Source: an uncultured Verrucomicrobiae bacterium
Lineage (GTDB): Bacteria; Verrucomicrobiota; Verrucomicrobiia; Chthoniobacterales; JAFAMB01
Assembly (NCBI GenBank): GCA_963762565.1
Contig: CAVXLD010000008.1
Coordinates: forward strand, 1 to 64,000
DNA: 64,000 nt
Reading direction: 5' to 3'
In this document: positions 55,101-64,000 of the stretch, in pieces
Numbering within the stretch: the stretch's first letter is position 1
Layout of the letters: every line of letters begins with the position of its first letter
Notes under the pieces: model-generated
Seen by the model: only the letters and a program-made list of their open reading frames with translations
What the model was told of the DNA's origin: nothing
Databases searched by the model: none
Made by a program: the position numbers and the translations under genes

Positions 55101-55458
55101 AGGGATGCACTCCTTTGTTAGCGTTCAGGGAAGTAAGGCCAGTATAAGTGACCCGTCAATCAATAATTAGGTAGGGCGAGGCTCCGGATCTTCCGTAAAA
55201 AGTGAGCGGAGCGGTTTACGCTCATGGAATCCGCAGCGGCCAGCAACAAATGGTTGCCGAGCCGGGGGCCAGGATTTGGCATCAGCTAGCGCGATGAATA
55301 GGCGGAGAAATCGGGGGTTAGTCGAATAAGTGCGGGGGTGGTGCATCGTGGGCACGGCTCGGCGCACGCGGTGGCCAAAACCGTCAAAATCTTGCTTCAG
55401 CGCCATAGCCCCTGGAGAACCGCCAACTACGTGCAGGAGCCTCGCCCTACCGAACTCC

Positions 55459-56067
55459 TTAGTCAGTCCCAATCCCGTCCCAGATCACCTTCACCAACCT
55501 TTTGACGTAACGCCTCTCTTTTGCCGAGCCTTTGCCGTTGCCTAGCATCACCTGCAGAAAAGCATGATGCCAAAGTGCGCCGATGAATGCTTGAGCCACC
55601 ACCTCAAAATCCGTGGCCCGGATCCGACCAAGCCGGCTTTCGGCCTTCAAATACGCCGCGATCGCCTTGACTGCCTCTAATGCGCGCTCTGCTCGATACT
55701 TCCCGGTGATAGCCGCCGACTCCGACTCGGAAAGATTTTCCTGCTTGTTGCTCCACGCCATCATCAGCATTGGAATAATCATCAGGAATTTTTCCACGAA
55801 AAGAGATCCTACCTCGACCAGCGTCTTCTCCACATCTTTACCCACACTTGAGCGGAGCAGAGCCGGGATGGTTTGACCCCAATCGCTCTCTTGCATCGCT
55901 CTCTGAAAAAGCGCCTGTTTTGTCTTGAACCGTTTGAAAACGATGCCGTGGGAAACGCCAGCTCTGCTGGCGATTTCGCTGGTCGTCGCGTCCCAGCCTT
56001 TTTCTAGAAAAACTTCCCGCGCTGCACGCAGGATAACATCATCTTGAATCGAAACCGGTCTTGGCAT
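55459..56067 (-). CDS. TetR/AcrR family regulator
   Basis: MPRPVSIQDDVILRAAREVFLEKGWDATTSEIASRAGVSHGIVFKRFKTKQALF. Confidence 0.9.
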   Translation of the reverse strand: MPRPVSIQDDVILRAAREVFLEKGWDATTSEIASRAGVSHGIVFKRFKTKQALFQRAMQESDWGQTIPALLRSSVGKDVEKTLVEVGSLFVEKFLMIIPMLMMAWSNKQENLSESESAAITGKYRAERALEAVKAIAAYLKAESRLGRIRATDFEVVAQAFIGALWHHAFLQVMLGNGKGSAKERRYVKRLVKVIWDGIGTD

Positions 56068-56169
56068 TAAAGGCTGGAGTAGCCTTAATTAGAGTTTAAG
56101 GTTGTATAATATTATTTATAATAATTAGGGTGGATAGAGTTGAGATAAGTAGTTGGGTATGGAAGTTGG

Positions 56170-57954
56170 TTATAAGTTGATAAGTTTAGATAATAGTTTT
56201 TGGTTTTTAGGTTAGATTTAGTTGTTTAGATATTAGAGAGGATTAGAGAATGTGTTAGCAAGAAAGAGCATGAGATGATAGCAACAAGGAAGATTTTGCT
56301 GCGAAGTATTTCAAAAAGAATATTAGAGCTATAGGAAATAGATAGGTTATAGATATTGTTTCAATACGCGATGGAATAAGAGAATGAGAAATAAGGAGAT
56401 AAGGAGTGAAAAAGGGTTTAGAAGATATGAACAAAGAAGGTAAGTTAAAGTAAAGGTGGCAAAGTAAATAAGACAAAGAGAATAAGATAAAGTAAAAAAG
56501 TTAGAAATAGCTTTACTAAGAAGGCTTCTACTATAGCGCAATTAGTTGCAGAAGAATATGGACATAGACTTTCTATAAGATAGAACAACACAGCGCTAGG
56601 AAGATTCTCTGATCAAAAAGCGAAACAGTATGGCTTGCAGAGTAACTGGCATATCACTAATCTCATCGAGAAATAGAGTGCTATGATCGGCATCTCGAAT
56701 GAGTCCGCGGGAGCCCGCGACGGCTGCCGGTAAAAGCGCGTATAGATAGAGAAAGAGTTCAGATAAGATTAAAGTCTAAGGGAGAGCAGTGAAATAAAAG
56801 GAGACGAATTTACCTTTGAGGCAGCTAACAGCATGCACATGCAGGGCTAGAAGCTCTTTGACGGACTCTGTTAGAAGAGAATGAAGATGGGTATTTTATA
56901 AGGAATGGCTTCTTAAGATTAGGATCGCATCTAAAACTCGGGGATCTTCACAAACGAATGAGGGCTGAACACTAACCTGACGCCGTTTCTTTTCCAGATA
57001 AGCACTGCGGATCGTGACCGGAGAATAGGGCAGATTTGAGAGAAGCACGTTGTAAGTGCTGCCTTTGTGATCGGTTAATTGTCCAGATCCGGTTGCAGCT
57101 GTCTCTGCCAGAAAACGATCAAAAGATTTAGAAAGACTGCTTCTAAGGGTTGCCCCGGGGAGACGGCAGATCTTGAAGGAAGAACCGAGCTTGGCGGTTA
57201 GCCGCTACAAGATTGCCCTCCCAATCCAGCGCAATCAGGCCGGCTTCCAAAGTGTGAACGAATTCGTGGCGATTGTGAAACTGTAAGATGAGGTGACGGC
57301 TGAGGTTATGACGAAAAATTTCCGCTTCGATATGCAGGGCTGACATACGAATGAGCGCCACGGTGTGAACTTGCAGGGCATGACAATCAGAGGAGGAGTC
57401 AACGACACCAATCAATCGGTAGTTATGATAGAATACAGGGCTGGCAATGCAGGTCAAGGTACAGTTGTAGCAGAAGAAGTGTTCAGACGCGTGGACCACT
57501 GACGCCGTCTGGGTGAACGAGACGCAGCTGAGTGCGTTCGTTCCTAGAGCTGTTTCTCTCCAAAGCGATCCAGGAATGATCTGGGTTAGGCGCGCCAAGC
57601 GGAGAAAGGATGAGTAGGCTACGTCTCTAAAATGATCGCGCTCGGCGTAGCGAATGCCACCATGAAATTTGAGCGGCAATCTGCGAATAAAGATTCGGAC
57701 CTCCATTTTCGCAATTGCGTAGAGGTCGGTGTACTGTTCCCGGAGATCCTTAAGGTCAGAGGTTGAAATTGGCGGGACATCCGGTGGTGACACTGGATCC
57801 AGGCTGGCATCAAGACAGCGCTGCATGAGTCACGAACTTCAGGCAGAATAGATACATCCGGAATCTCGCTGACCTGTTTGGAAAGGAGATATTCTCGGAC
57901 CTGATGTTCGGTGACAGGGACTAAACGGCGCTGCTCCTGTTCTTGAGGGGGCAT
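56170..57954 (-). CDS. GAF-modulated sigma54-dependent Fis-family activator (AcoR/MimR-like); heavily corrupted sequence
   Basis: N-terminal ...VRDS/QRCLDASLDP, GAF WRETALGTNAL...LTCIASPV, PAS EAGLIALDWEGNLVAANRQA; Walker B readable at ~56620-56680 (TLFLDEISDMPVTLQA); 3' end approximate. Confidence 0.75.
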
Positions 57955-58187
57955 GGACGGCTCTTACAGCCTAGGCGTAGAGAAGGGAAAATCAAATTGG
58001 GTTCATTCCGTGCAGAGCAAAGGGAGGGCGCGCGTCCCCGCGCGCCGTGAACAGGTCTGCATCGTTGACATAACAGAACGCACAATCCGGTCTGCACTGG
58101 GCTTCGCGAACGAAAGATCGAGGGGACGCGATCTCTCCCACGTCGAGGGGCGGCTGTTCCAACCAACCATGTTCTCTGCCGCGGACA

Positions 58188-58203
58188 TGTTCGTTCTTGA
58201 ACA
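58188..58203. promoter_or_regulatory. Candidate upstream activator sequence TGTTC-N6-GAACA
   Basis: tgttcgttcttgaaca; further TGTTC half-sites at 58155 and 58170; ~80 bp upstream of the -24 box. Confidence 0.5.
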
Positions 58204-58276
58204 GCGCGATACGGGCTCTATCTGTTTGCGGCATTTGCTCCCAGGCGACGCTGATCATGGAGATAGGCCAATGGCC

Positions 58277-58293
58277 TTGGCATACAAGCTGCT
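58277..58293 (+). promoter_or_regulatory. Sigma54 -24/-12 promoter
   Basis: ttGGcatacaagctGCt with canonical GG-N10-GC spacing, ~40 bp before the ADH ATG and divergent from a sigma54 activator. Confidence 0.75.
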
Positions 58294-58331
58294 GTCTGTA
58301 TCAGCCACTTTCGTTACCCCCCGTCTATCCT

Positions 58332-59367
58332 ATGAAAGCCGCTGTTCTTCACCAATACGATACTAAGCTCTAAAGTAAAGAGTACGTGACTTTAGAGGAC
58401 GTACCAGAACAGAAGATCCCAAAAACCGAAGAGATTTGCGAATGGAGGGGAAGGTGTTTGTAGCACCGATCTACATATAGTAGAAGGTATATGGCGTGAG
58501 AAGGTGGATGTGAAACTGCCCTATGTGATGGGACATGAAAACGCCGGTTGGATAGAAGAGGTAGGAAAAGGAGTCACCGAATTTAAGCGCGGTGACTAGG
58601 TCATTTGCCATCCCTTAATCACGAATTGCTTCGCGCTTGCTTCTCGTCGAGGAGACGATATGCACGTCGCAGGAAGTGAGTTTACCGGGATCAGCACAAA
58701 TGGCGGTTACGCTGAATTGCTGCGAACGGGCGTTGGTTCGCTGATTAAGCTGCCGCAAACCTTGGCTCCCAAAGATGTCGCTCCGCACGCGGACGCGGCC
58801 TGACCGCATATCATGTGGGCAAAAAAGCGGCTCGACATCTAAGTCCAGGCGAACGTGTAGTCGTCATCGGCGTTGGTGGTCTTGGTCATATCGGAATCCA
58901 GGTCCTAGCTGCTTTGCTCAGCCGATATTATCGCGGTCGATCGTTCTGAGGCAGCGCTTTCCCTGGCCAAGGAGTGTGGCGCTCGTCATCTGGTCAAGGC
59001 GGACGAACACCAAGTCGAAGCCGTCCGTGATTTAACTGACGGTAAAGGAGCTGAGGCGGTGATCGATTTTGTCGGGGAAGGCGGTTCCATTGACAACGGC
59101 TTGGCCATGACCCGGAACAACGGCGCCTATTACATAGTCGGTTACGGCGGTGAAATCCGCATCACCGCTATTGATATGATCACCACCGAAAGACGGATTA
59201 TCGGTAACCTGGTAGGCACTTACTCTGAGTTGGTCGAGCTAATGGAGCTGGCTAACCGCGGACAAGTTAATTTGGCCACCCAATATTATAAACTGTCCGA
59301 TGCCAACACCGCGCTGCACGATCTGCATCACGGCAAGGTGAGGGGGCGGGCAGTATTGATGCCCTAG
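58332..59367 (+). CDS. Zn-dependent NAD(P) alcohol dehydrogenase (MDR); several indels/stops, probably errors
   Basis: MKAAVLHQYD, GVCSTDLHIVEG, LPYVMGHENAG, VIGVGGLGHIGIQ, VIDFVGEG, GKVRGRAVLMP. Confidence 0.85.
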
Positions 59368-59455
59368 GCGGAAGCCATTCTATTTATGGCACAGGACACT
59401 AAGCAATCAGGCGAAAACTAATAACCCCAGAACTAACAACCTCTACTAATTCATC

Positions 59456-60477
59456 ATGTTTACTACCAAGTCCGGCGAAAAGATATTCGTTGTCGATGGG
59501 CATGTTCATTTGTGGGATGGCAGCGATGAGAACATCAAGAATCGATACGGCGAAGAATTCATTAAGTGCTTTTACGACTATCACAAACTAAGTCCAAAAG
59601 AGTACGTTTGGCCGTATAAGAAATATCAGAAGTACACCGACGAGGATTTCGAGCAGGACATCTTCCAAAACGGATATGTCGATTTCGCCATCTTCAACCC
59701 TCAGTACCTCGGCGATTTTTACCACAATGGGTTCTCGAGCCTGGAACGAAACGAGACCTTCCGAAAAAAGCATCCGGATCGAGTGATCGCCAACGGGTTC
59801 TGGGATCCGCGCAACGAAGAGGCCGGCCTCAAACAGCTGGAAAAAGACGTGGAGAAGTACAGCTGGAAAGGTATCAAACTGTATACTGCGGAATGGAAGG
59901 GAGAATCGAAAGGCTGGAAGCTGACTGATCCCTGGTCGTATCGTTATTTGGAGAAATCACAAGAGTTAGGCATCAAAAACATCCACGTGCACAAAGGGCC
60001 AACGATCTGGCCGCTGAATAAGGATGCATTCGATGTGGGCGACGTCGACGAAGTGGCTTCCTTATTCCCTGATTTGAATTTCATTGTTGAGCATTGCGGT
60101 TTGCCCCGTCTAAACGATTTCACCTTTATCGCGGCCCAGGAACCAAATGGCATGCGGAACTGGCCGAGCGATTCCCATCATCATACCGGCCTCGTTATTT
60201 CAGCGAGATAATGAGCGAATTGCTCTTTTGGTTAGGGCCGGATCGGATTCTTTTCGGAAGCGATTACGCCTTGTGGCAGCCGAAATGGATAATCGAGAAA
60301 TTTATGGATCTGGAGTTGCCCGAAGACCTGGCTGCTGAAACCGGCCAGATAACGATGGAGATGAAGAAGAAGATTCTGGGAGAGAATGCAGCCCGGCTCT
60401 ATAACATTCGCGGAGCGTCGGGTGCCAAGAGATCCGAGGCTGGCGAACCGGTTCGTAAGCCTGCGCCGGTTGCCTAA
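59456..60477 (+). CDS. Amidohydrolase family (Amidohydro_2) protein of the type found in prm/mim clusters; frameshift at ~60145-60180
   Basis: VVDGHVHLWD, CFYDYH, GIKLYTAEW, HVHKGPT, FIVEHCGLPR, LFGSDY, KILGENAARLY. Confidence 0.85.
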
Positions 60478-60642
60478 TAGACAATTTTCGTCCTCGTCCT
60501 CGAAACGGCGACGAGGTGTCATCCATGACTGCTGACGTTGGCGAGACGAAAACAACCAATATTTCAATACTCCGCTACTCCAACACTCCATTTCTCGCGC
60601 GTCTCCCGTTCGAGGACGAGGACGACGACGAGGACGATTACG

Positions 60643-61362
60643 ATGAGCCCGCTTACCCGCGTAGACCAAATCTGGTCAGCCCTGGAGTCGGTGACCGACC
60701 CGGAAATCGACGAATCGGTTGTATCTCTGGATATTATGTCCGAAGTAAAGTGTTGTTTAAAATGACGGGTCCAAATCGACTTCCGATTACCGACCTATTG
60801 GTGTGCGCCGAATTTTGCGTTCCTGATGGCGAGCGATATGCGCGATGCCGTTAGTGAACTGGATTGGGTAGCAGATGTGACCGTTAGATTAGTCGATCAT
60901 TTCAGTGCTGAGTTGATCAACCGGGGCGTGGCGCGGAAACAAGACTTTTGAGATGCGTTTCCTGGTGAAACCGATGACGACTTAAGTGCCCTCCGTCAGA
61001 AGTTTCTTGGACAAGCCTATGAACGCCGGCAAGAACTGTTATTGAAGCATCTCTTCGAGCGTGGCTATGACCCAACGTCGGTCCTGTGTCTGCGCCTTTC
61101 GGATCTGCTCAGTCTCGCGCTGGACCAACCGGGTAACGCTCTGCGAACCCTCTACCTTTTTGTATGGCGTAAGATTCATCCGGACGCCGGCGAAGAGGCA
61201 ATTGCTTTCACGACATCGGAAGGCACGCCGGTCGATCCTCGCGACTCAAAGGGCTACTTGCGAAAAATCGCTGGCGCCAGAAGAAACGCCGCGTTTAACG
61301 GTTTCATCTGCCGAAGCCTGCTTGCCGAGCGCCGTTCGGTGCCAGTGAGACAGGAGGCGTGA
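60643..61362 (+). CDS. DUF59/MIP18 (FeS assembly P) metal-sulfur cluster protein with C-terminal extension; frameshift near 60750 and in-frame TGA at 60949
   Basis: SALESVTDPEIDESVVSL then RLPTYWCAPNFAFLMASD (DPE...T..C motif); C-terminal NAAFNGFICRSLLAER. Confidence 0.8.
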
Positions 61363-61703
61363 GAAGTGATTGGTGATTGGTGATTGGTTGCGCTCTCTCG
61401 GCGTTTACGGCCTGCCAGTCGTAGCCTCCCAGAGTCTAAAGATGGGGCGAAGTCGGGAGCCTAAGCGACGGGGCGAGGTCGGGCGTTTTAATCCGATTGA
61501 GCGGGTAGCGGATAGTAACCTTTGGCTTTACAGATTGCGGGTTCAAGTACGGGCTGATTAATGCGAGCAGACCGAGCAGGACCACGACTAACCAAGACAT
61601 CCACGTTGACCGTGCTCTCGCCGTTGCCGGCGTATCCGCAGGACTGAGGGGAGCACTGTCTGCTTCTCGATTCGTCGTGTCCATGTGCTTCGTTCCAGGC
61701 TTG

Positions 61704-61747
61704 CCCGACGTAGCCTCTCGGAGTCTAAACGACGAGGCGAAGTCGGG
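61704..61747. repeat. CCCGAC...GTCGGG-bounded repeat family
   Basis: cccgacgtagcctctcggagtctaaacgacgaggcgaagtcggg; relatives at ~61420-61485 and 42648-42732. Confidence 0.75.
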
Positions 61748-61753
61748 CGTTCC

Positions 61754-62005
61754 TCAAGCAGGTGAGAAGAGTTCCTGCCGGTGCGGCGAAGAGAGTTGCT
61801 GGAGATCTGCCACAGCCGCTTGCAATGCGTTCGGCCAAGGAAGACCGAGTTCCAGGTAAAGTTGGATCAATCGTTCCGTTCTGTCCCTGATTGAGCGCCG
61901 AACGCGCGAGAGTCCCTTTCTTAATAATGGCTTCCGTGCGTGTACCCGCGCGGTCCGTGTCTTGTTGATACTTCGACTTACCATATGCCCGCAAATAACG
62001 GGCAT
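61754..62005 (-). CDS. Small hypothetical protein
   Basis: 83-aa ORF with amphipathic ERLIQLYLELGLPWPNALQAAVADL; start uncertain. Confidence 0.35.
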   Translation of the reverse strand: MPVICGHMVSRSINKTRTARVHARKPLLRKGLSRVRRSIRDRTERLIQLYLELGLPWPNALQAAVADLQQLSSPHRQELFSPA

Positions 62006-62149
62006 CGATGGAACTCCACCTAATGATTTCGGATCGAGCGCCGAAAAACGGTGATAAAAGGCGCGATTCGGGCGCTAAGCGCCTAGAAACAGCATCAGCG
62101 CTCCGGCAGCCGCCGGACCGCAGGTGTCATTCGCAGAGAGCGCAGTACT

Positions 62150-62220
62150 TCCATGACTCGATGACTCCATGACTCCATGACTCCACTACTCCACTACTCC
62201 ACTACTCCACTACTCCAACA
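62150..62220. repeat. 8-bp tandem repeat (CTCCATGA/CTCCACTA)n
   Basis: About 9 units; relatives at ~27544-27572 and ~60568-60590. Confidence 0.8.
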
Positions 62221-62278
62221 CCGCACGTGACCGGATTCGAGGACGAGGACGACGACGAGGACGAGAAACGAAGAGCGA

Positions 62279-63856
62279 TTACCACCCATACGCCCAGCCT
62301 TTCAGCCGCAAAGCAATCGCTAGCATGCGAGTCAGGAACGCCCCGACTATGGTCACCACAACCCCAATGAAAATTTCCTGCGGCTGTAAACGTTCTGCTT
62401 CCCATTGCAAGAAAACGGAAAACACCAAACCCCATATCACCGCGATCTCGGGATAAAGTTCTTGTTGCAATCGAGGAGCGACCGCGTCACGTCGCAACAG
62501 GTCGCGCATCATTCCGCCAAATGAACTGGTGATTCCCGCAGAGATCGGGCCCCAAAGCCAGAGGGGCTGGACTGAGGTATCCAGAACCACAACCACACCG
62601 ATCACAATAAACGCGGCTAGTCCCAGTCCGTCACAGATCTGAATTAGACCAGTTCCAAGGTGTCCGCTCGACCGTAGCGATTCCGTGAACCGTTTAGCGC
62701 CGGCGAGATTGCTGATCCTGATCACCAGCATCCCAATCAACACAGTGCCGAAGATAATCAGAAGCACGAACGGATCCCGGACGATCCCCAGCGGTTGGCG
62801 TTGAAAGAGCAAGTCCCGAATCACGCCGCCGCCCACCGCGGGCAAACTGGCGAGGACCATCGCTTCAAACAGAGTGGAATGCCCAACGTAGGCAAGCACC
62901 ACTCCTGAAAGCGCGAAAGCAGCTGTGCCGATCGAAACTAGAAACTGAAACCAATCCGAATCGAGGGTCTGATGAATCAGAATCGGTAGAGCGTAGGTGT
63001 CACTGATGTGCTGGAATTCACCGTCCGATTTTATCCGGTCAATAGCACTATTCAGGTGAGCAAGCGTGGTTGGGGTTGTGGAGACGCGGCTCAACATGAA
63101 ATGAATGTCGGTGGAAAACCGCAGCGGATGTTCCTCGATCGAACCGCTCTGCTGTTGCCGCCAAGCGGCAGTGGCGGCTGAGATCTGGTCAGCCAAAAAC
63201 CCGTCGATTCGTCCCTGCAGAAGATTCTCCAGGTTAATCAAATCAGTTTCTTCCTTAATGACCACAGCGGCGTTGGCCGGATCTGCAATATAGGCATTGA
63301 TTCGTTGATCCGCGTACGCGTACCCGGCGACGACTCCCAACCGGAAACGCTGATTCCGAAAAAAGTCCAGCATCTGGTCGACGGTTTCGAATGGGTATTC
63401 GGAACTGGTTCCGCGTCGCAGAATTAGGACGTCTGTCTCCCGTCGATAAGGTTTAGAAAAATAAGCGTATTGCTCGCGTTCAGAACTATAGGTGGCCCCG
63501 GCTGCGATATCGCGAGTACCGGCCGCCAGCCCAGCTAAATGGCTGTCCCACGAAATCTCTGGTAGCAGCAGTTCAACGCGCATCACCCGGGTGACCGCCC
63601 GCTCGATCTCGACATCAAAACCGGTGAGGCCCTCGTTTCCACGGGTATTCTGACGGTATTGATATGGATCCCACGGATACCAACCACCGCGCAGAACCCG
63701 CGGTTCTACCGGTTGGGGAACTGTAGGCGGCGATGGGGTCGGACTATCAGCAGCTTGGCAACGAAAAGGCGCGACCCAAGTTAACAAACCGAGTACAACG
63801 AGCGCGCCGTGGAGCGCGCCTCGCTTGCGAGGCCGTGGTGAACAGAGAGAAGTCAT
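62279..63856 (-). CDS. Amino-acid-type substrate-binding domain (SBP family 3) fused to a TRIC/UPF0126 trimeric cation channel domain
   Basis: Signal-like N-terminus; GWYPWDPYQY, GFDVEI, REQYAYFSKPY, GRIDGFLAD, IKSDGEFQHI; then GTAAFALSG, PAVGGGVIRDLL, DGLGLAAF, SSFGGMMRDLL, ELYPEIA. Confidence 0.88.
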   Translation of the reverse strand: MTSLCSPRPRKRGALHGALVVLGLLTWVAPFRCQAADSPTPSPPTVPQPVEPRVLRGGWYPWDPYQYRQNTRGNEGLTGFDVEIERAVTRVMRVELLLPEISWDSHLAGLAAGTRDIAAGATYSSEREQYAYFSKPYRRETDVLILRRGTSSEYPFETVDQMLDFFRNQRFRLGVVAGYAYADQRINAYIADPANAAVVIKEETDLINLENLLQGRIDGFLADQISAATAAWRQQQSGSIEEHPLRFSTDIHFMLSRVSTTPTTLAHLNSAIDRIKSDGEFQHISDTYALPILIHQTLDSDWFQFLVSIGTAAFALSGVVLAYVGHSTLFEAMVLASLPAVGGGVIRDLLFQRQPLGIVRDPFVLLIIFGTVLIGMLVIRISNLAGAKRFTESLRSSGHLGTGLIQICDGLGLAAFIVIGVVVVLDTSVQPLWLWGPISAGITSSFGGMMRDLLRRDAVAPRLQQELYPEIAVIWGLVFSVFLQWEAERLQPQEIFIGVVVTIVGAFLTRMLAIALRLKGWAYGW

Positions 63857-64000
63857 TGGGCAGATCCCTGCGCCATCTGCGCTCTGTAGCGTGGCGAGGA
63901 AGAGCAAGTACCTCGTGGCAAGCTCATCACCAAGCGCAATTCATGGCAAACACGGATGGGTTGCGCAATCGAATTTGACGGAGCACCGGTCACGTACTGA

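Noticed and set aside
56070..57140. AT-rich, C-depleted island suggesting foreign DNA or cytosine deamination
   Set aside because: Sigma54 activator motifs (TLFLDEISDMP) remain readable through it and the quality degrades gradually; best explained as low-coverage read error
60949..60951. In-frame TGA in the DUF59 gene as selenocysteine or readthrough
   Set aside because: Not at an evident Cys position, no obvious SECIS, and the surrounding genes are error-rich; a CGA-to-TGA error or mutation is simpler
62150..62275. CRISPR array from short tandem and GAGGACGAC repeats
   Set aside because: No constant repeats separated by unique ~30-40 bp spacers, and no cas genes

Overview
A ~57% GC bacterial window. 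Gene content and the dense heptamer and palindromic intergenic repeats suggest a soil Verrucomicrobiota (Chthoniobacterales-like) genome; this is inference. The assembly looks long-read derived, with scattered indels and three clearly corrupted stretches: ~33.5-37.1 kb, a poly-A/T-less tract at 51989-53079 and a C-depleted tract at ~56.1-57.1 kb. Main content in order: (1) a partial DUF4118-PAS-GAF sensor; (2) a TetR-EmrAB efflux operon; (3) SDR, cupin, a stand-alone condensation-type acyltransferase, a Tat-exported PLP aminotransferase, a GMC oxidoreductase, an ECF sigma, an MGT glycosyltransferase, an MFS and a TIGR03118 protein; (4) two tandem LytS kinases with one LytTR; (5) a DeoR/aldolase/PfkB/lipoyl-E1alpha/E1beta operon; (6) a hybrid beta-propeller sensor kinase, a sugar ABC transporter and a GH38 mannosidase; (7) two tandem TIR-TolB-like-TPR genes; (8) a sigma54 activator divergent from an ADH-amidohydrolase-DUF59 operon, which resembles the accessory module of propane monooxygenase clusters without the monooxygenase; (9) a periplasmic-binding-protein/TRIC-channel fusion. 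Several palindromic repeat families fill the spacers and also appear in frame inside proteins. No rRNA, tRNA, CRISPR array or intact transposase was seen.
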